NCBI GenBank assembly: GCA_039588275.1
Contig: JBDHAC010000004.1
Coordinates: forward strand, 33,010-97,009
Length of the DNA: 64,000 nucleotides
Reading direction: 5' to 3'
From: Gemmatimonadota bacterium
GTDB taxonomy: Bacteria > Gemmatimonadota > Gemmatimonadetes > Palauibacterales > Palauibacteraceae
The notes below the pieces were generated by a model, which was given only the letters and a program-made list of their open reading frames with translations, did no database searches and was not told the DNA's origin. This document shows, one piece after another, positions 37,123 through 47,258 of this stretch; positions within the stretch are counted from its first letter, which is position 1, and every line of letters starts with the position of its first letter. The position numbers and the translations under genes were made by a program.

Positions 37123-38955
37123 TCAGGCTCGCTCGACGACACGCGCGTCCCGAATCACTCCTCCGTTCTCGAACCCCAGCTGCTGCCCCTGGAACAGTCG
37201 CGCGTACAGGCCATCCTGCTCCAGCAACTCCGCGTGCGGGCCTTGCTCCACGATCCGTCCGCGGTCCAGCACCAGCAGTCGATCCGCGCGCGCCGCGGTC
37301 CGGAGCCGGTGCGCGATGATGACCGTGGTCCGCCCTCGCATCGCCTGCTGCAGGGCCTCCTCGACGAATTGTTCGCTCTCGGCATCCAGGCTGCTGGTTG
37401 CCTCGTCGAGGATCAAGATCTCGGGCGACTTCAGCAACACGCGAGCGATCGCGAGTCGCTGCCGCTGGCCACCCGATAAGCGCACGCCTCGCTGTCCGAC
37501 ACGGGTATCGTACCCATTGGGCAAACGTCGGATGAACTCCTCCGCGTACGCGCCACGAGCCGCGGCCTCGGTCTCCTCGTCGCTGGCGTCCAGCATCCCG
37601 TAGGCGATGTTGGCACGCACGGTGCCCGCGAACAGCGGGTGCTCTTGCGGGACGATGCCAACGCTGTCGCGCAAATCGGCGAGGCGGAAGCGGCGGATGT
37701 CGATGCCGTGCACGCGGACCACCCCTCGCGTCGGGTCCCAGAAGCGAGGGATCAATGACGCGAAGGTCGTCTTGCCCGCTCCGCTCGGTCCGACGATCGC
37801 GACGACCTCGCCGGGCTCGATGCGAAGGTTCACGTCGGCCATGGCCCAGGGTTCCTCCGACCCGTACCGGAACCAGACGTCCTCGAATACGATCTCGCCG
37901 GGGGCTCCACGGGGCATCGGCTCGGGCCGCGCTGGATCCCGGATGTCCGGTTCCCGGTCCAGGAGCTCGAAGATCCGCTTGGCCGCGCCTTGTGCCTCCT
38001 GATAGGCACTCCACAGCGTCGCCAGGGTCGAGATCGCAGCGGCCACCTGAAACGCGTACAGGAGGAACGAGACCAGCTGGCCCGCCGTGATCTGCGCCGT
38101 GATCACGAGCCGACCCCCCTGCCACAGCACCACGACGATCCCGCCGAATGCGACGACGGTCAGCACGCCGATCAACAGAGCGCGCGCCAGGGCGCGGGAC
38201 AGCGCCGCATCGAGCGCGTCCCCGATGCGGTCGCCGTATCGGGTCCGCTCCACCTCTTCCCGCACGAAGCTCTGAACCACATCGACCTGCGCGAACGCCT
38301 CTTCGGCCGCGGCGTGCGCGTCGGCGAGGCGATCCTGGACGGTCGTGCTCCTCCGACGCAGAAAGCGGCCGAACGTGAAGCCCAGCAGCACGACCGCCGG
38401 CGCCACCGTCAGAGTGGTGAGCATCAGCTGCCAGTGCAGGAGCGACAGAAGCGTCAGTCCGCCGAACAGATACAGCGTCTGTCTGGCCAGCTCGGCGAGC
38501 TGGTGCCCGAGGACGCCCTGCAGCGTGGAGCAGTCCGAAGCGAGCCGGCTGGTCAGCTCGCCCGATGGAGATTCCGCGTGGAAGCCGGGCGACAATCTGA
38601 TCAGATGGGCGAAGAGATCGGTGCGGAGCCGCGCCACGATGCGCTCACCGGTGGCCCCGAGCAGGTAGGCCTCGCCGAAGTTGAGGACCCCCTGAACCGC
38701 GAACAGCGCCGCCAGCCCGAGCGCGATCTGACCGAGCAGCTCGAGATCGCGGTTCACGAACGCGGCGTCCATCAGGTAGCGGACGACGAGTGGGAAGGCG
38801 AGGCCGGTGGCCGTGCTGAGGACGAGGCAGATGGCGGCGCCCGCCAACGCACCGCGATGAGGTCGGAGTCGAGGCGCCAGCCTCCGGAGCGTGAACAGGT
38901 CGAACTTCGATCCGGCGTTCGGCATCTGGCTCCTTGGCTCCCCCCCTTCCGCCAC
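37123..38955 (-). CDS. ABC exporter, fused permease/ATPase (MsbA-like)
   Basis: TM domain plus GPSGAGKT, LSGGQRQR, ILDEATSSLD and IAHRL. Confidence 0.93.
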   Translation of the reverse strand: MAEGGEPRSQMPNAGSKFDLFTLRRLAPRLRPHRGALAGAAICLVLSTATGLAFPLVVRYLMDAAFVNRDLELLGQIALGLAALFAVQGVLNFGEAYLLGATGERIVARLRTDLFAHLIRLSPGFHAESPSGELTSRLASDCSTLQGVLGHQLAELARQTLYLFGGLTLLSLLHWQLMLTTLTVAPAVVLLGFTFGRFLRRRSTTVQDRLADAHAAAEEAFAQVDVVQSFVREEVERTRYGDRIGDALDAALSRALARALLIGVLTVVAFGGIVVVLWQGGRLVITAQITAGQLVSFLLYAFQVAAAISTLATLWSAYQEAQGAAKRIFELLDREPDIRDPARPEPMPRGAPGEIVFEDVWFRYGSEEPWAMADVNLRIEPGEVVAIVGPSGAGKTTFASLIPRFWDPTRGVVRVHGIDIRRFRLADLRDSVGIVPQEHPLFAGTVRANIAYGMLDASDEETEAAARGAYAEEFIRRLPNGYDTRVGQRGVRLSGGQRQRLAIARVLLKSPEILILDEATSSLDAESEQFVEEALQQAMRGRTTVIIAHRLRTAARADRLLVLDRGRIVEQGPHAELLEQDGLYARLFQGQQLGFENGGVIRDARVVERA

Positions 38956-39062
38956 CTATCTTGCGCGCCCGCCTATCGCCTCAACGCGGCAACTTCGCAC
39001 CGGCCGGGAGGCACGCGCAAACTGACCCGCCGGACTCCCGAGCGGGTCGGAGGTGGCAATCC

Positions 39063-40001
39063 ATGAATAGTGAGGAAGCGGGCGCCAGGGGTTGGCGGCG
39101 GCTCGCGGCGATCGCGACGATCGTCAGCTATCTGCTCATAGTCCTCGGAGGAATCGTCCGGATCACCGGCTCAGGGATGGGCTGCGGCGATGACTGGCCG
39201 CTGTGCAACGGCAAGCTGATCCCCCCGATGGACCTCCCTACACTCATCGAATATGGGCACCGGCTCGTGGCGGCGGCCGTGTCGATCCTCATCGCCGGGC
39301 TCGCGGTCTGGGCATGGCGGCACCGCAGGGACGCCGGTTGGCGCGGGCGCACGCGTCTGGCCACGTGGGCCCTCGGCCTGCTCGTCGTGCAGGTGATGTT
39401 GGGAGCCGTGACAGTATGGCTCGAGCTGCCTCCGTGGTCCGTGATCTTGCACTTGGGGACGGCGATGTCGCTGCTCGCCGTGTTGTTGATCGCGGCCCTC
39501 GGGAGCCGGGGGGAGGTCGCCACGCCGGAGGCTGCGCCGGACAGCCGCGGAAGCCTGGCGTGGACACTGACCGGACTCGGTGCGGTAGCCGTGCTGCTGG
39601 GGGCCCTCGTCGCCAATCTCGACGCGGCCCCCGCGTGTCAGGGCTTTCCGCTCTGCAACGGTCGCTGGCTGCCTGGACCGAGCTGGCGCGTACAGCTGCA
39701 CTGGTTGCACCGTTTCGCCGCCTACGTCCTGATCGCGGGGAGCCTTGCGCTCCCGTGGCTCGCGGCCCGCGTACGGTCGAATGGGGGACGGGCAAAGTGG
39801 GCGGCCTGGGCGAGCGCGGCGACGGCGCTGGGTCAGCTGGTCGTGGCCGCGGCCATGGTGATGGGTTACTTGCCGATCGGCTGGGCCGACCCCGGAGCGA
39901 TACGGTTGCGCGCCCTTCACGTCGCGCTCGGCACCGCCGTCTTCGCGGCCCTCCTGGCGTACGCGTGGCTGCAGCGACAGGGGAGCCGAACGACCGGCTA
40001 G
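39063..40001 (+). CDS. ctaA: Heme A synthase (COX15/CtaA)
   Basis: GSGMGCGDDWPLCNG, IEYGHR, second Cys pair ACQGFPLCNG, HWLHR. Confidence 0.88.
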   Translation: MNSEEAGARGWRRLAAIATIVSYLLIVLGGIVRITGSGMGCGDDWPLCNGKLIPPMDLPTLIEYGHRLVAAAVSILIAGLAVWAWRHRRDAGWRGRTRLATWALGLLVVQVMLGAVTVWLELPPWSVILHLGTAMSLLAVLLIAALGSRGEVATPEAAPDSRGSLAWTLTGLGAVAVLLGALVANLDAAPACQGFPLCNGRWLPGPSWRVQLHWLHRFAAYVLIAGSLALPWLAARVRSNGGRAKWAAWASAATALGQLVVAAAMVMGYLPIGWADPGAIRLRALHVALGTAVFAALLAYAWLQRQGSRTTG

Positions 40002-40021
40002 AGCAGTTCTTCAGCCACCTG

Positions 40022-41314
40022 CTAAACGGCCTCGAGCAACGCGACGTGCCCCAGACCGCCGGCCGCGCACACGCTCACGACCGAGAGCGTGCCGGCCGGC
40101 CGGTCCGCAAGCTCGCGGACCGTTTGTGAGAGCATGCGGGCTCCCGTTGCGGCGAACGGGTGACCGAGCGCGACGCTGCCCCCGTTCGGGTTAACCCGGT
40201 CGCTCGGAAAGCTACCGAAATCGCGGTCCACGCCCGACCGGTCGCTTAGCCATTCCCGTGTCTGAAGCGCCTCGATCGTGGACAGCACCTGGGCGGCGAA
40301 CGCCTCGTGGAATTCCCACAGCTCGATGTCTTCGTAGCCCAGGTCGTGTCGTGCCAGGAGCCGGGCGATCGCGATCGCCGGGGCGATCAGGAGTCCGTCG
40401 CGGCGCAGGTCGATCGCCGCCTCCTCCCAATCCATCAGGCGCGCGCGGGGGAGGGTGGAAGGTAGGCGGCCGGCGCCCTCTGCTGATGCGATCCAGCACG
40501 CGGCTGCACCGTCCGTCAGCGGCGAGGAGTTCCCCGCCGTCAACGTGCCACGCGCCTTGTCGAACGCGGGGCGTAGCTGGGCAAGCTTCTCGAGGGTCGT
40601 ATCCGGGCGCGGGATCGTGTCGCGGTCGGCGGGGAACGTTCCGGGCGAGACGAGCAGCGGTCGGAAGAACGCGGCTCCGTCCGCCGAGGCCCGGAGATGG
40701 CTGGCGAGCGCGAGCTCATCCTGCGCCTCCCGCGAGATACTCCACTCTTTGGCCATCTCCTCCGCGTGCCGGCCCATCGTCTTTCCGGTCTTTCGCTCCT
40801 TGACGGCCGGGACCGCGAGCTTGAGGTCCGAGAGCCGCACCTGTCCCAGGGTACGGGCCGCGCGCCCCGCGCCTCCCGCGGAGGCGACGCGTCGAATCGT
40901 CCGGCTCAGACCCTTCGAGAGACCTATCTGCGTGTGGGTCATGGATTCGACTCCGCCGCACAGCGCGAGCGCGATACCCCTCGCCCGCACCTGCCCCGCG
41001 GCGTGTGTAGCGGCGGCCAGGCTCGTGGCACATGCCTGTACGATGCCTTGGCCCGGCACGGTCGCGGCGAGGCCCGAATCGAACCATACCTCACGCGCCC
41101 AGTTGCTCACGGCGAGCGTGGGGATGACGGACCCCCAAATGACCAGATCGATCTCGCTCGCCCGATCGCGGCCAAGACCGGATTCACCGGCGACGGTCTG
41201 TTGAACGACGGGCGCGGACAGCTCGAGCGCGTCAAGCCTGCCCAACTCACGATCGATCTTGCAGAACGGGCTGCGGAGCCCGGGGAGGACGAACACTTCG
41301 GGTGACGTGTTCAT
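40022..41314 (-). CDS. Acetyl-CoA C-acyltransferase (thiolase, HEAF/FadI-like)
   Basis: QACATS, TAGNSSPLTDGA, FHEAFA, GHPFAATG, SVCAAGG. Confidence 0.92.
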   Translation of the reverse strand: MNTSPEVFVLPGLRSPFCKIDRELGRLDALELSAPVVQQTVAGESGLGRDRASEIDLVIWGSVIPTLAVSNWAREVWFDSGLAATVPGQGIVQACATSLAAATHAAGQVRARGIALALCGGVESMTHTQIGLSKGLSRTIRRVASAGGAGRAARTLGQVRLSDLKLAVPAVKERKTGKTMGRHAEEMAKEWSISREAQDELALASHLRASADGAAFFRPLLVSPGTFPADRDTIPRPDTTLEKLAQLRPAFDKARGTLTAGNSSPLTDGAAACWIASAEGAGRLPSTLPRARLMDWEEAAIDLRRDGLLIAPAIAIARLLARHDLGYEDIELWEFHEAFAAQVLSTIEALQTREWLSDRSGVDRDFGSFPSDRVNPNGGSVALGHPFAATGARMLSQTVRELADRPAGTLSVVSVCAAGGLGHVALLEAV

Positions 41315-41510
41315 GAGGCGCTCCTTGCAGGCCGCCGGAGTTCTTCAGCGGCCCGCCTCAATTGAGGTCCGCGCACCGAAGCGAGGCGCGCGGTCCAGAA
41401 CGATGCATGGCATCGCGAGCGCGCGATGCGCAAGATGGTGCGCGCATCGAATGCCGATGTCTTCTGGGAACGTGGACCCGGGGGAACGCTATACGAGCCG
41501 AGCGGTGACG

Positions 41511-43004
41511 ATGAGAGTGCGTTTCGCTCCCAGCCCCACCGGGTACCTGCACGTGGGAGGTGCCCGTACGGCGCTGTTCAACTATCTCCTGGCGCGCCGG
41601 CAGGCGGGCGTCTTCCTCCTCCGGATCGAGGACACCGACCGGGACCGGTCGAGCGATGAGATGACCCGGGCCATCCTGGACGGATTGAGCTGGTTGGGTC
41701 TCGAAGTCGACGAAGGACCGGTCCACCAGGCGGATGGCCTCGATCGGCACCGCCGGGACGCACTGGGGCTGCTCGACGCCGGGAAGGCGTACCGGTGCTT
41801 CTGCACGCCGGCGGATCTGGCGGCCCGCCGCGCAGAAGCGGAGCGACGAGGGGAGGGCTTCGGATACGACGGACGTTGCCGCCGGCTGGGCGCCGACGAA
41901 TCCACGTCGCGGGCCGACGGGGGAGAGCCCTTCGCGATCCGCTTCGCCGTCCCCGACGGGGCGACATCCTGGGGTGATCTCGTACACGGCGAGCTAGCGT
42001 TCGACAACTCGACCCTGGACGACTTCGTCATCCTGCGCTCCGACGAGACGCCCGTGTACAATCTCGCCGTAGTGTCCGACGATGCGGAGTCACGAATCAC
42101 GCACGTGATCCGCGGCGACGACCACATCTCCAACACACCCAAGCAGATCCTCATCTACCAGGCGCTCGGCCACGATCCGCCCGCGTTCGCCCACGTGCCC
42201 ATGATTCTCGGACCGGACGGCAAGCGGCTCTCGAAGCGACATGGCGCCATGGCGATCGGGGCGTACCGGAAGATGGGCTTCTTACCCGAGGGCATGGTGA
42301 ACTTCCTGGCCCTCCTGGGCTGGTCACCCGGGGATGACAGAGAGGTCATGGGGCTCGAGGAGATCATCGAAGCCTTCGACCTGGCCCGCGTCCAAAAGAA
42401 GAGCGCGGTGTTCGACACCGAGAAGCTCGAATGGCTGAACGGCCAGCACATCGCCCGCACCCCCGGGGCGCAGCTGCTGCCGCTGGTCGTGGATGCGCTG
42501 CGACCCGGGGCGGACGCTGACGAGACACAAGCGGTGGCAGCGATAGTCGCGGAGCTGGACGCCGACACGGAGCGCGCCGTCCGGGTGATCGACTTCGTAA
42601 AGGAACGGCCGCGCACGATACCGTCCCTCGCGGCGCAAGTGAGCCCGTTCTTCGGAGAGACGGTCGCCTACGAGGAAGGCGCCGTGGCCCGATTCTGGAG
42701 ACGCCCTGCGGAAGCGGCGCATCTGCTTCGCGCGTTTCAGGCTCGGGTGGCCTCGCTCGATACGTGGGCGGCCGAACCGCTCGAGAGCGCGCTCCGAGCG
42801 CTGGCGGACGAAATGGAGATCGGGGCTGGCAAGATGATCCACCCCCTGCGGGTGGCGCTCATGGGTCAGGCGGTGAGCCCCGGCATCTTCGAGGTCCTCG
42901 TCGTGATGGGGCGCGAGCGAACCCAGGACAGGATCGAAGCGGCACTCGGCTACCTGGATGCCAAGGCTGCGGTCGAAGCCTTGGAGGAGAGACCTCGGAC
43001 GTGA
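41511..43004 (+). CDS. gltX: Glutamate--tRNA ligase
   Basis: MRVRFAPSPTGYLHVGG, LRIEDTD, HVIRGDDH, RLSKR. Confidence 0.96.
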   Translation: MRVRFAPSPTGYLHVGGARTALFNYLLARRQAGVFLLRIEDTDRDRSSDEMTRAILDGLSWLGLEVDEGPVHQADGLDRHRRDALGLLDAGKAYRCFCTPADLAARRAEAERRGEGFGYDGRCRRLGADESTSRADGGEPFAIRFAVPDGATSWGDLVHGELAFDNSTLDDFVILRSDETPVYNLAVVSDDAESRITHVIRGDDHISNTPKQILIYQALGHDPPAFAHVPMILGPDGKRLSKRHGAMAIGAYRKMGFLPEGMVNFLALLGWSPGDDREVMGLEEIIEAFDLARVQKKSAVFDTEKLEWLNGQHIARTPGAQLLPLVVDALRPGADADETQAVAAIVAELDADTERAVRVIDFVKERPRTIPSLAAQVSPFFGETVAYEEGAVARFWRRPAEAAHLLRAFQARVASLDTWAAEPLESALRALADEMEIGAGKMIHPLRVALMGQAVSPGIFEVLVVMGRERTQDRIEAALGYLDAKAAVEALEERPRT

Positions 43005-43483
43005 GCGGTCCGGCGCCGGAACCGTCTGATCCTCCGCCCGAGGACCTCCGCTGGATGCGCAGGGCTCTCGAGCTCGCAGCCCGCGCGGCCGATCACCATG
43101 AAGTGCCCGTCGGAGCCGTGTTGATCGGACCTGAGGGGCTCGCGGCCGAGGACCACAACCGAACCCGCGAGCTGGCCGATCCGACCGCGCACGCGGAGAC
43201 GCTCGTGCTTCGAGCAGGAGGGCGGCAGCTGGGCGACTGGCGCCTCCTCGATCACACGCTGTACGTGACGCTGGAGCCGTGCGCCATGTGCACGGGCGCC
43301 GCAGTGCTCGCTCGCATCCCACGCCTCGTGTTCGGCGCCCGGGATCCGAAGGCGGGAATGTGCGGCTCCCTCGAAGACCTCACCCGTGACCCCCGGCTCA
43401 ACCATCGAATCGAGGTGACGAGCGGCGTGCTCGCCGAGGAGAGCTCCCGCTTACTCAGGGAGTTCTTCGGACAAAGGCGTTGA
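43001..43483 (+). CDS. tadA: tRNA adenosine(34) deaminase
   Basis: EVPVGAV, DPTAHAE, TLEPCAMC, DPKAG. GTG start overlaps the gltX stop. Confidence 0.93.
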   Translation: MSGPAPEPSDPPPEDLRWMRRALELAARAADHHEVPVGAVLIGPEGLAAEDHNRTRELADPTAHAETLVLRAGGRQLGDWRLLDHTLYVTLEPCAMCTGAAVLARIPRLVFGARDPKAGMCGSLEDLTRDPRLNHRIEVTSGVLAEESSRLLREFFGQRR

Positions 43484-45457
43484 GCGTTCCGAGGTGTTCA
43501 GGCGGCCGACGAAGCGGAGCGTGAGGTAAAGGCTGGCGATCCCCAGGCCGTACGAGACCGCCGGGTGGAGCCCGTAGGCGGTGGCCAGGTAACCGAACAG
43601 CACGGCGGTTACGGCCACGGTCAACGCGTACGGGAGCTGGGTGCGGACGTGATCCATGTGGTCGCACGCCGACGCCATCGAGCTCAACACGGTCGTGTCC
43701 GAGATCGGCGAGCAGTGGTCGCCGAAGATTGCCCCGGCGAGCACGGCGCTCACCGTGCCAAGCAGTAGCGTCGAGCTCAGGCCGCCCACGGCCGGCGAAG
43801 CCCCTCCCATCGCGACGATCAGCGGGACGACGAGCGGCAGCAGGATCGCCATCGTCGCCCACGAGGTACCCGTCGCGAACGAGATCGCCGCCGCCGTGAT
43901 GAACACCAGCGCCGGCAGGAGACGCGGATCCAGGTTGTCGGAGAGGATCTGCGTCAGATAGCGGGCCGTCCCGACCTCCTCCGTCACGAGCCCCAGCGAC
44001 CACGCCAGGATGAGGATCGCGAAGGCCACCATCATCGCCTTCACTCCGGCCAGCAGTGCCTCGATCGACTCCCTCAACGTGAGGATGCGCTGCGTGACGG
44101 CGAGCAGCATCGCCACCGTGGCGCCCGCGAGAGACCCCCACAGGAGTGTCTTGAACGGGTCGGCCGCGCCGAAGATGTCCCACAGCGACCCGTCGCCCGC
44201 GCCGGTCCGACCATCGAAGTAAAGGCCGAGCACCACGACGATCACCACCGTGATGACCGGGATCGCCGCGTTCAGCCAGCGGTGCGGGGCGCCCTCCTTC
44301 GCGTCCAGCCCCCCGGCCTCCGTGTCCATCATGAGCTGGGCGCCTTCGCGATATACGCCGCCGCCGCCCCGGGCGCGGCTCTCCGCTCGGTGCATGGGTC
44401 CGAAGTCGCGCCGGGTGAAGACGATCAGCCCGACCATCACCAGCGCGAGGATCGGGTAGAAGAGGTAGGGGATGGTCTCCAGGAACACCGTGAACGGACT
44501 CGCGCTCGCGAGGCTCGCCGCCAGCGCCGGATCGCTGGTCTGCTGCGACGCGATCCGCAGGCCATCCTGAATGCGCGAGATCTCGAACCCCACCCACGTG
44601 GAGACGAACACGATCGTCACGACCGGCGCGGCGGTCGAGTCGACGATGTAGGCGAGCTTCTCGCGCGACACCCGGAGCTTATCGGTGATGGGCCTGAACG
44701 TGTTTCCGACGATCAGCGTGTTCGCGTAGTCGTCGAAGAAGATCGCGAGCCCGGCCAGGAACGTCGCCAGCTGCGCCCGGCGGGGCGACGACGCCAACGG
44801 GCGGACGGCCGCCACGATCCCGCGGCTGCCGCCGCAGCGGCCGATCACTCCCACCATGCCGCCGAGGAGCGCCGTGAACATCAGGATCGAGGCGTTGCTG
44901 ATATCCGCGACCGAAGGCGTGATGAAGGTGTCGATCGATCTCCAGAGCGCGGACAGCGGGTTGAGGCCTGCTGCGAAGAACGCCCCGATCCACACGCCCA
45001 GGAATAGAGAGATCACGACCTCGCGAAAGATGAGCGCGAGCGCGATCGCCACCAGCGGCGGGAGGATGCTGATCCACCCCGGGAAGATCGGCCGGTCCAG
45101 CGACCCCTCACCGGTCTCGCCGGCCGCCCCCGCAACCTCGATGCGGAGCGGGAGCTGCGCTCCGCCGCTCACCTGTAGGTCGCGAACCAGAACATCCTCG
45201 CGGGGCGAAAGCGCGCCTGCGGCCAGCTCGCGCCCATCGGCCGTCAGCACGCGGTACGACGCATCACCCAGGTCCTCGAGGCGCAGCGTGAGGTTGAAGG
45301 ACACACCGCTCAACAGGACGGCAGGGGCGTCGACGCTGATGGACAGACCGTCCGCCGGCTCTTGGCCGGAGGTAGGGCTTGGCCCGCACGCGAGAGCGAG
45401 AAGCGCGGCAACGACTGCCGGTGAGCCCCGTGAGCGCGAACGCGTGCATGAATACAT
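43451..45457 (-). CDS. Na+/H+ antiporter NhaC-family transporter with N-terminal extracytoplasmic extension
   Basis: IFFDDYAN, SREKLAYIVDSTAAP, SFATGTSW, GDHCSPISDTT, HVRTQLPYA. Confidence 0.9.
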   Translation of the reverse strand: MYSCTRSRSRGSPAVVAALLALACGPSPTSGQEPADGLSISVDAPAVLLSGVSFNLTLRLEDLGDASYRVLTADGRELAAGALSPREDVLVRDLQVSGGAQLPLRIEVAGAAGETGEGSLDRPIFPGWISILPPLVAIALALIFREVVISLFLGVWIGAFFAAGLNPLSALWRSIDTFITPSVADISNASILMFTALLGGMVGVIGRCGGSRGIVAAVRPLASSPRRAQLATFLAGLAIFFDDYANTLIVGNTFRPITDKLRVSREKLAYIVDSTAAPVVTIVFVSTWVGFEISRIQDGLRIASQQTSDPALAASLASASPFTVFLETIPYLFYPILALVMVGLIVFTRRDFGPMHRAESRARGGGGVYREGAQLMMDTEAGGLDAKEGAPHRWLNAAIPVITVVIVVVLGLYFDGRTGAGDGSLWDIFGAADPFKTLLWGSLAGATVAMLLAVTQRILTLRESIEALLAGVKAMMVAFAILILAWSLGLVTEEVGTARYLTQILSDNLDPRLLPALVFITAAAISFATGTSWATMAILLPLVVPLIVAMGGASPAVGGLSSTLLLGTVSAVLAGAIFGDHCSPISDTTVLSSMASACDHMDHVRTQLPYALTVAVTAVLFGYLATAYGLHPAVSYGLGIASLYLTLRFVGRLNTSERSTPLSEELPE

Positions 45458-45699
45458 GCGCCGTACGGTACGGCGCGCTCGACGGATGGGTCAAATCACC
45501 GAAGGTCCGCCGTGGAAGGAAGGTCCACCAAGGAGCGAAGGATAGAGCCCCAGGGCGGCGCCGAACGTTGATCGGGCGATTCGCCTCTCCTATACTCCGC
45601 GCGACGCGTCGACCGGACCGGCCCGGTCAGCGTCGGTGGCTCCACCCGGTTGATCTCGGGTTCGGCCCACCGGCCATGAGCCGGCGTATGTGGACGAGC

Positions 45700-46287
45700 G
45701 TGCCCATCCAGGCCAACAAACGAGTACAGACGGTGATCGAGGCGGCCGAAGCAGCCGCCCTTCTCGCGCATCTCGCGGACGAGATCCACGCCGCGGTCCC
45801 GGCCGACGCGTCTCTTGTGCTCGTCGGGATTCAGAGACGGGGGGTCGAGCTCGCGGACCGGATCGCGGAGCTTCTCGAGGATCGGCGATCGCAACCGACA
45901 CCCACCGGCTCGCTGGACATCACGCTCTACCGGGACGACTTCAACCAGATCGGCCCGCGCCCGCTGATCGGTACCAGTGACCTTCCCGGAGACATCACCG
46001 ACCGGCACGTCGTGATCGTCGACGATGTCTTGCATACGGGGCGGACGATCCGCGCCGCGCTCAACGAGCTCGCGGACTTCGGGCGCGCCAGCATCATCCA
46101 GCTCTGCGTGTTGATCGACCGTGGCGGCCGCGAATTACCTATCCAGCCCGATTTCGTCGGTCGTCGGTTCGCCGTACGCTCCGGAAGCGAGATCTCGGTG
46201 CGGGTGCCCGAGCTGGACGGGGCTCTGGGGGTGGACCTGGTCTCCGACACGGGCGGCGACGGCCCGATGCACGAGGGGACGGAATGA
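45700..46287 (+). CDS. pyrR: PyrR (pyr operon regulator / UPRTase fold)
   Basis: [45 protein letters not shown]. Precedes pyrB. Start uncertain (45676 or 45700). Confidence 0.9.
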   Translation: MPIQANKRVQTVIEAAEAAALLAHLADEIHAAVPADASLVLVGIQRRGVELADRIAELLEDRRSQPTPTGSLDITLYRDDFNQIGPRPLIGTSDLPGDITDRHVVIVDDVLHTGRTIRAALNELADFGRASIIQLCVLIDRGGRELPIQPDFVGRRFAVRSGSEISVRVPELDGALGVDLVSDTGGDGPMHEGTE

Positions 46288-47258
46288 GCGCGACGACGGC
46301 CGATCTCGAGCTCGGCAAGGACCTGATCGGTCTGCAGGACCTCTCTCGTGAGCAGATCCTCGGAATCCTGGACACCGCGGAGCCGTTCAAGGAGATCAGC
46401 GAGCGGCAGATCAAGAAGGTCCCCGTCCTCCGGGGACAGACGATCGTCAACCTGTTCTTCGAGCCTTCGACCCGCACGCGCATCTCGTTCGAGTTCGCGG
46501 AGAAGCGGCTGGGCGCGGACACGGTCAACATCTCCTCTTCCGGCTCCTCCGTGCAGAAGGGCGAGACGCTCGTCGACACGGCGCGGAACCTGGAGGCGAT
46601 GCGGATCAACATGGTCGTAATCCGTCACGGGTCCGCGGGGGCCGCGGGCTTTCTGGCGGATCGAATCCCCTCCAAGGTGATCAACGCGGGCGACGGCCAG
46701 CACGAGCACCCGACCCAGGGCCTCCTCGACCTCCTCACGATCCGCGACCGGTTCGGGTCGATCGAGGGGCGCCGGGTGTGCATTGTGGGAGACATCCTTC
46801 ATTCACGGGTCGCCCGCTCGAATATCTGGGGATTGGTCAAATGCGGAGCCGAAGTCGCCGTTTGTGGTCCGAAGACCCTGATTCCGAAGGGGATCGAAGG
46901 GCTGGGCGTGCACGTGATCCCGCGCGTAGAAGACGCGATCGAATGGTGTGACGTGCTCTACGTCCTCCGCCTCCAATTGGAGAGGATGGACGCCGGATAC
47001 GTGCCGTCGCTGCGTGAGTACAACCGGGTCTTCGGCATCAGCTCGGAGCGGCTGGCCCGCGCATCCGAAGAGATGGTCGTGCTTCACCCCGGTCCGATGA
47101 ATCGCGGCGTGGAGATCGACTCGGACGTCGCTGACGGGCCCCGCTCGGTGATACTACCCCAGGTGACGAACGGCGTCGCGGTCCGGATGGCGGTTCTGTA
47201 TCTGCTCTCCGGGGGTAAGCCCGAACGAGCCGAAGCGGCGAAACGGGGGGACGCATGA
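46284..47258 (+). CDS. pyrB: Aspartate carbamoyltransferase catalytic subunit
   Basis: [28 protein letters not shown]. Confidence 0.97.
   Translation: MSATTADLELGKDLIGLQDLSREQILGILDTAEPFKEISERQIKKVPVLRGQTIVNLFFEPSTRTRISFEFAEKRLGADTVNISSSGSSVQKGETLVDTARNLEAMRINMVVIRHGSAGAAGFLADRIPSKVINAGDGQHEHPTQGLLDLLTIRDRFGSIEGRRVCIVGDILHSRVARSNIWGLVKCGAEVAVCGPKTLIPKGIEGLGVHVIPRVEDAIEWCDVLYVLRLQLERMDAGYVPSLREYNRVFGISSERLARASEEMVVLHPGPMNRGVEIDSDVADGPRSVILPQVTNGVAVRMAVLYLLSGGKPERAEAAKRGDA

Noticed and set aside
43001..43483. Link between tadA (tRNA deaminase) and the Tad pilus locus
   Set aside because: Name coincidence only; the proteins are unrelated.
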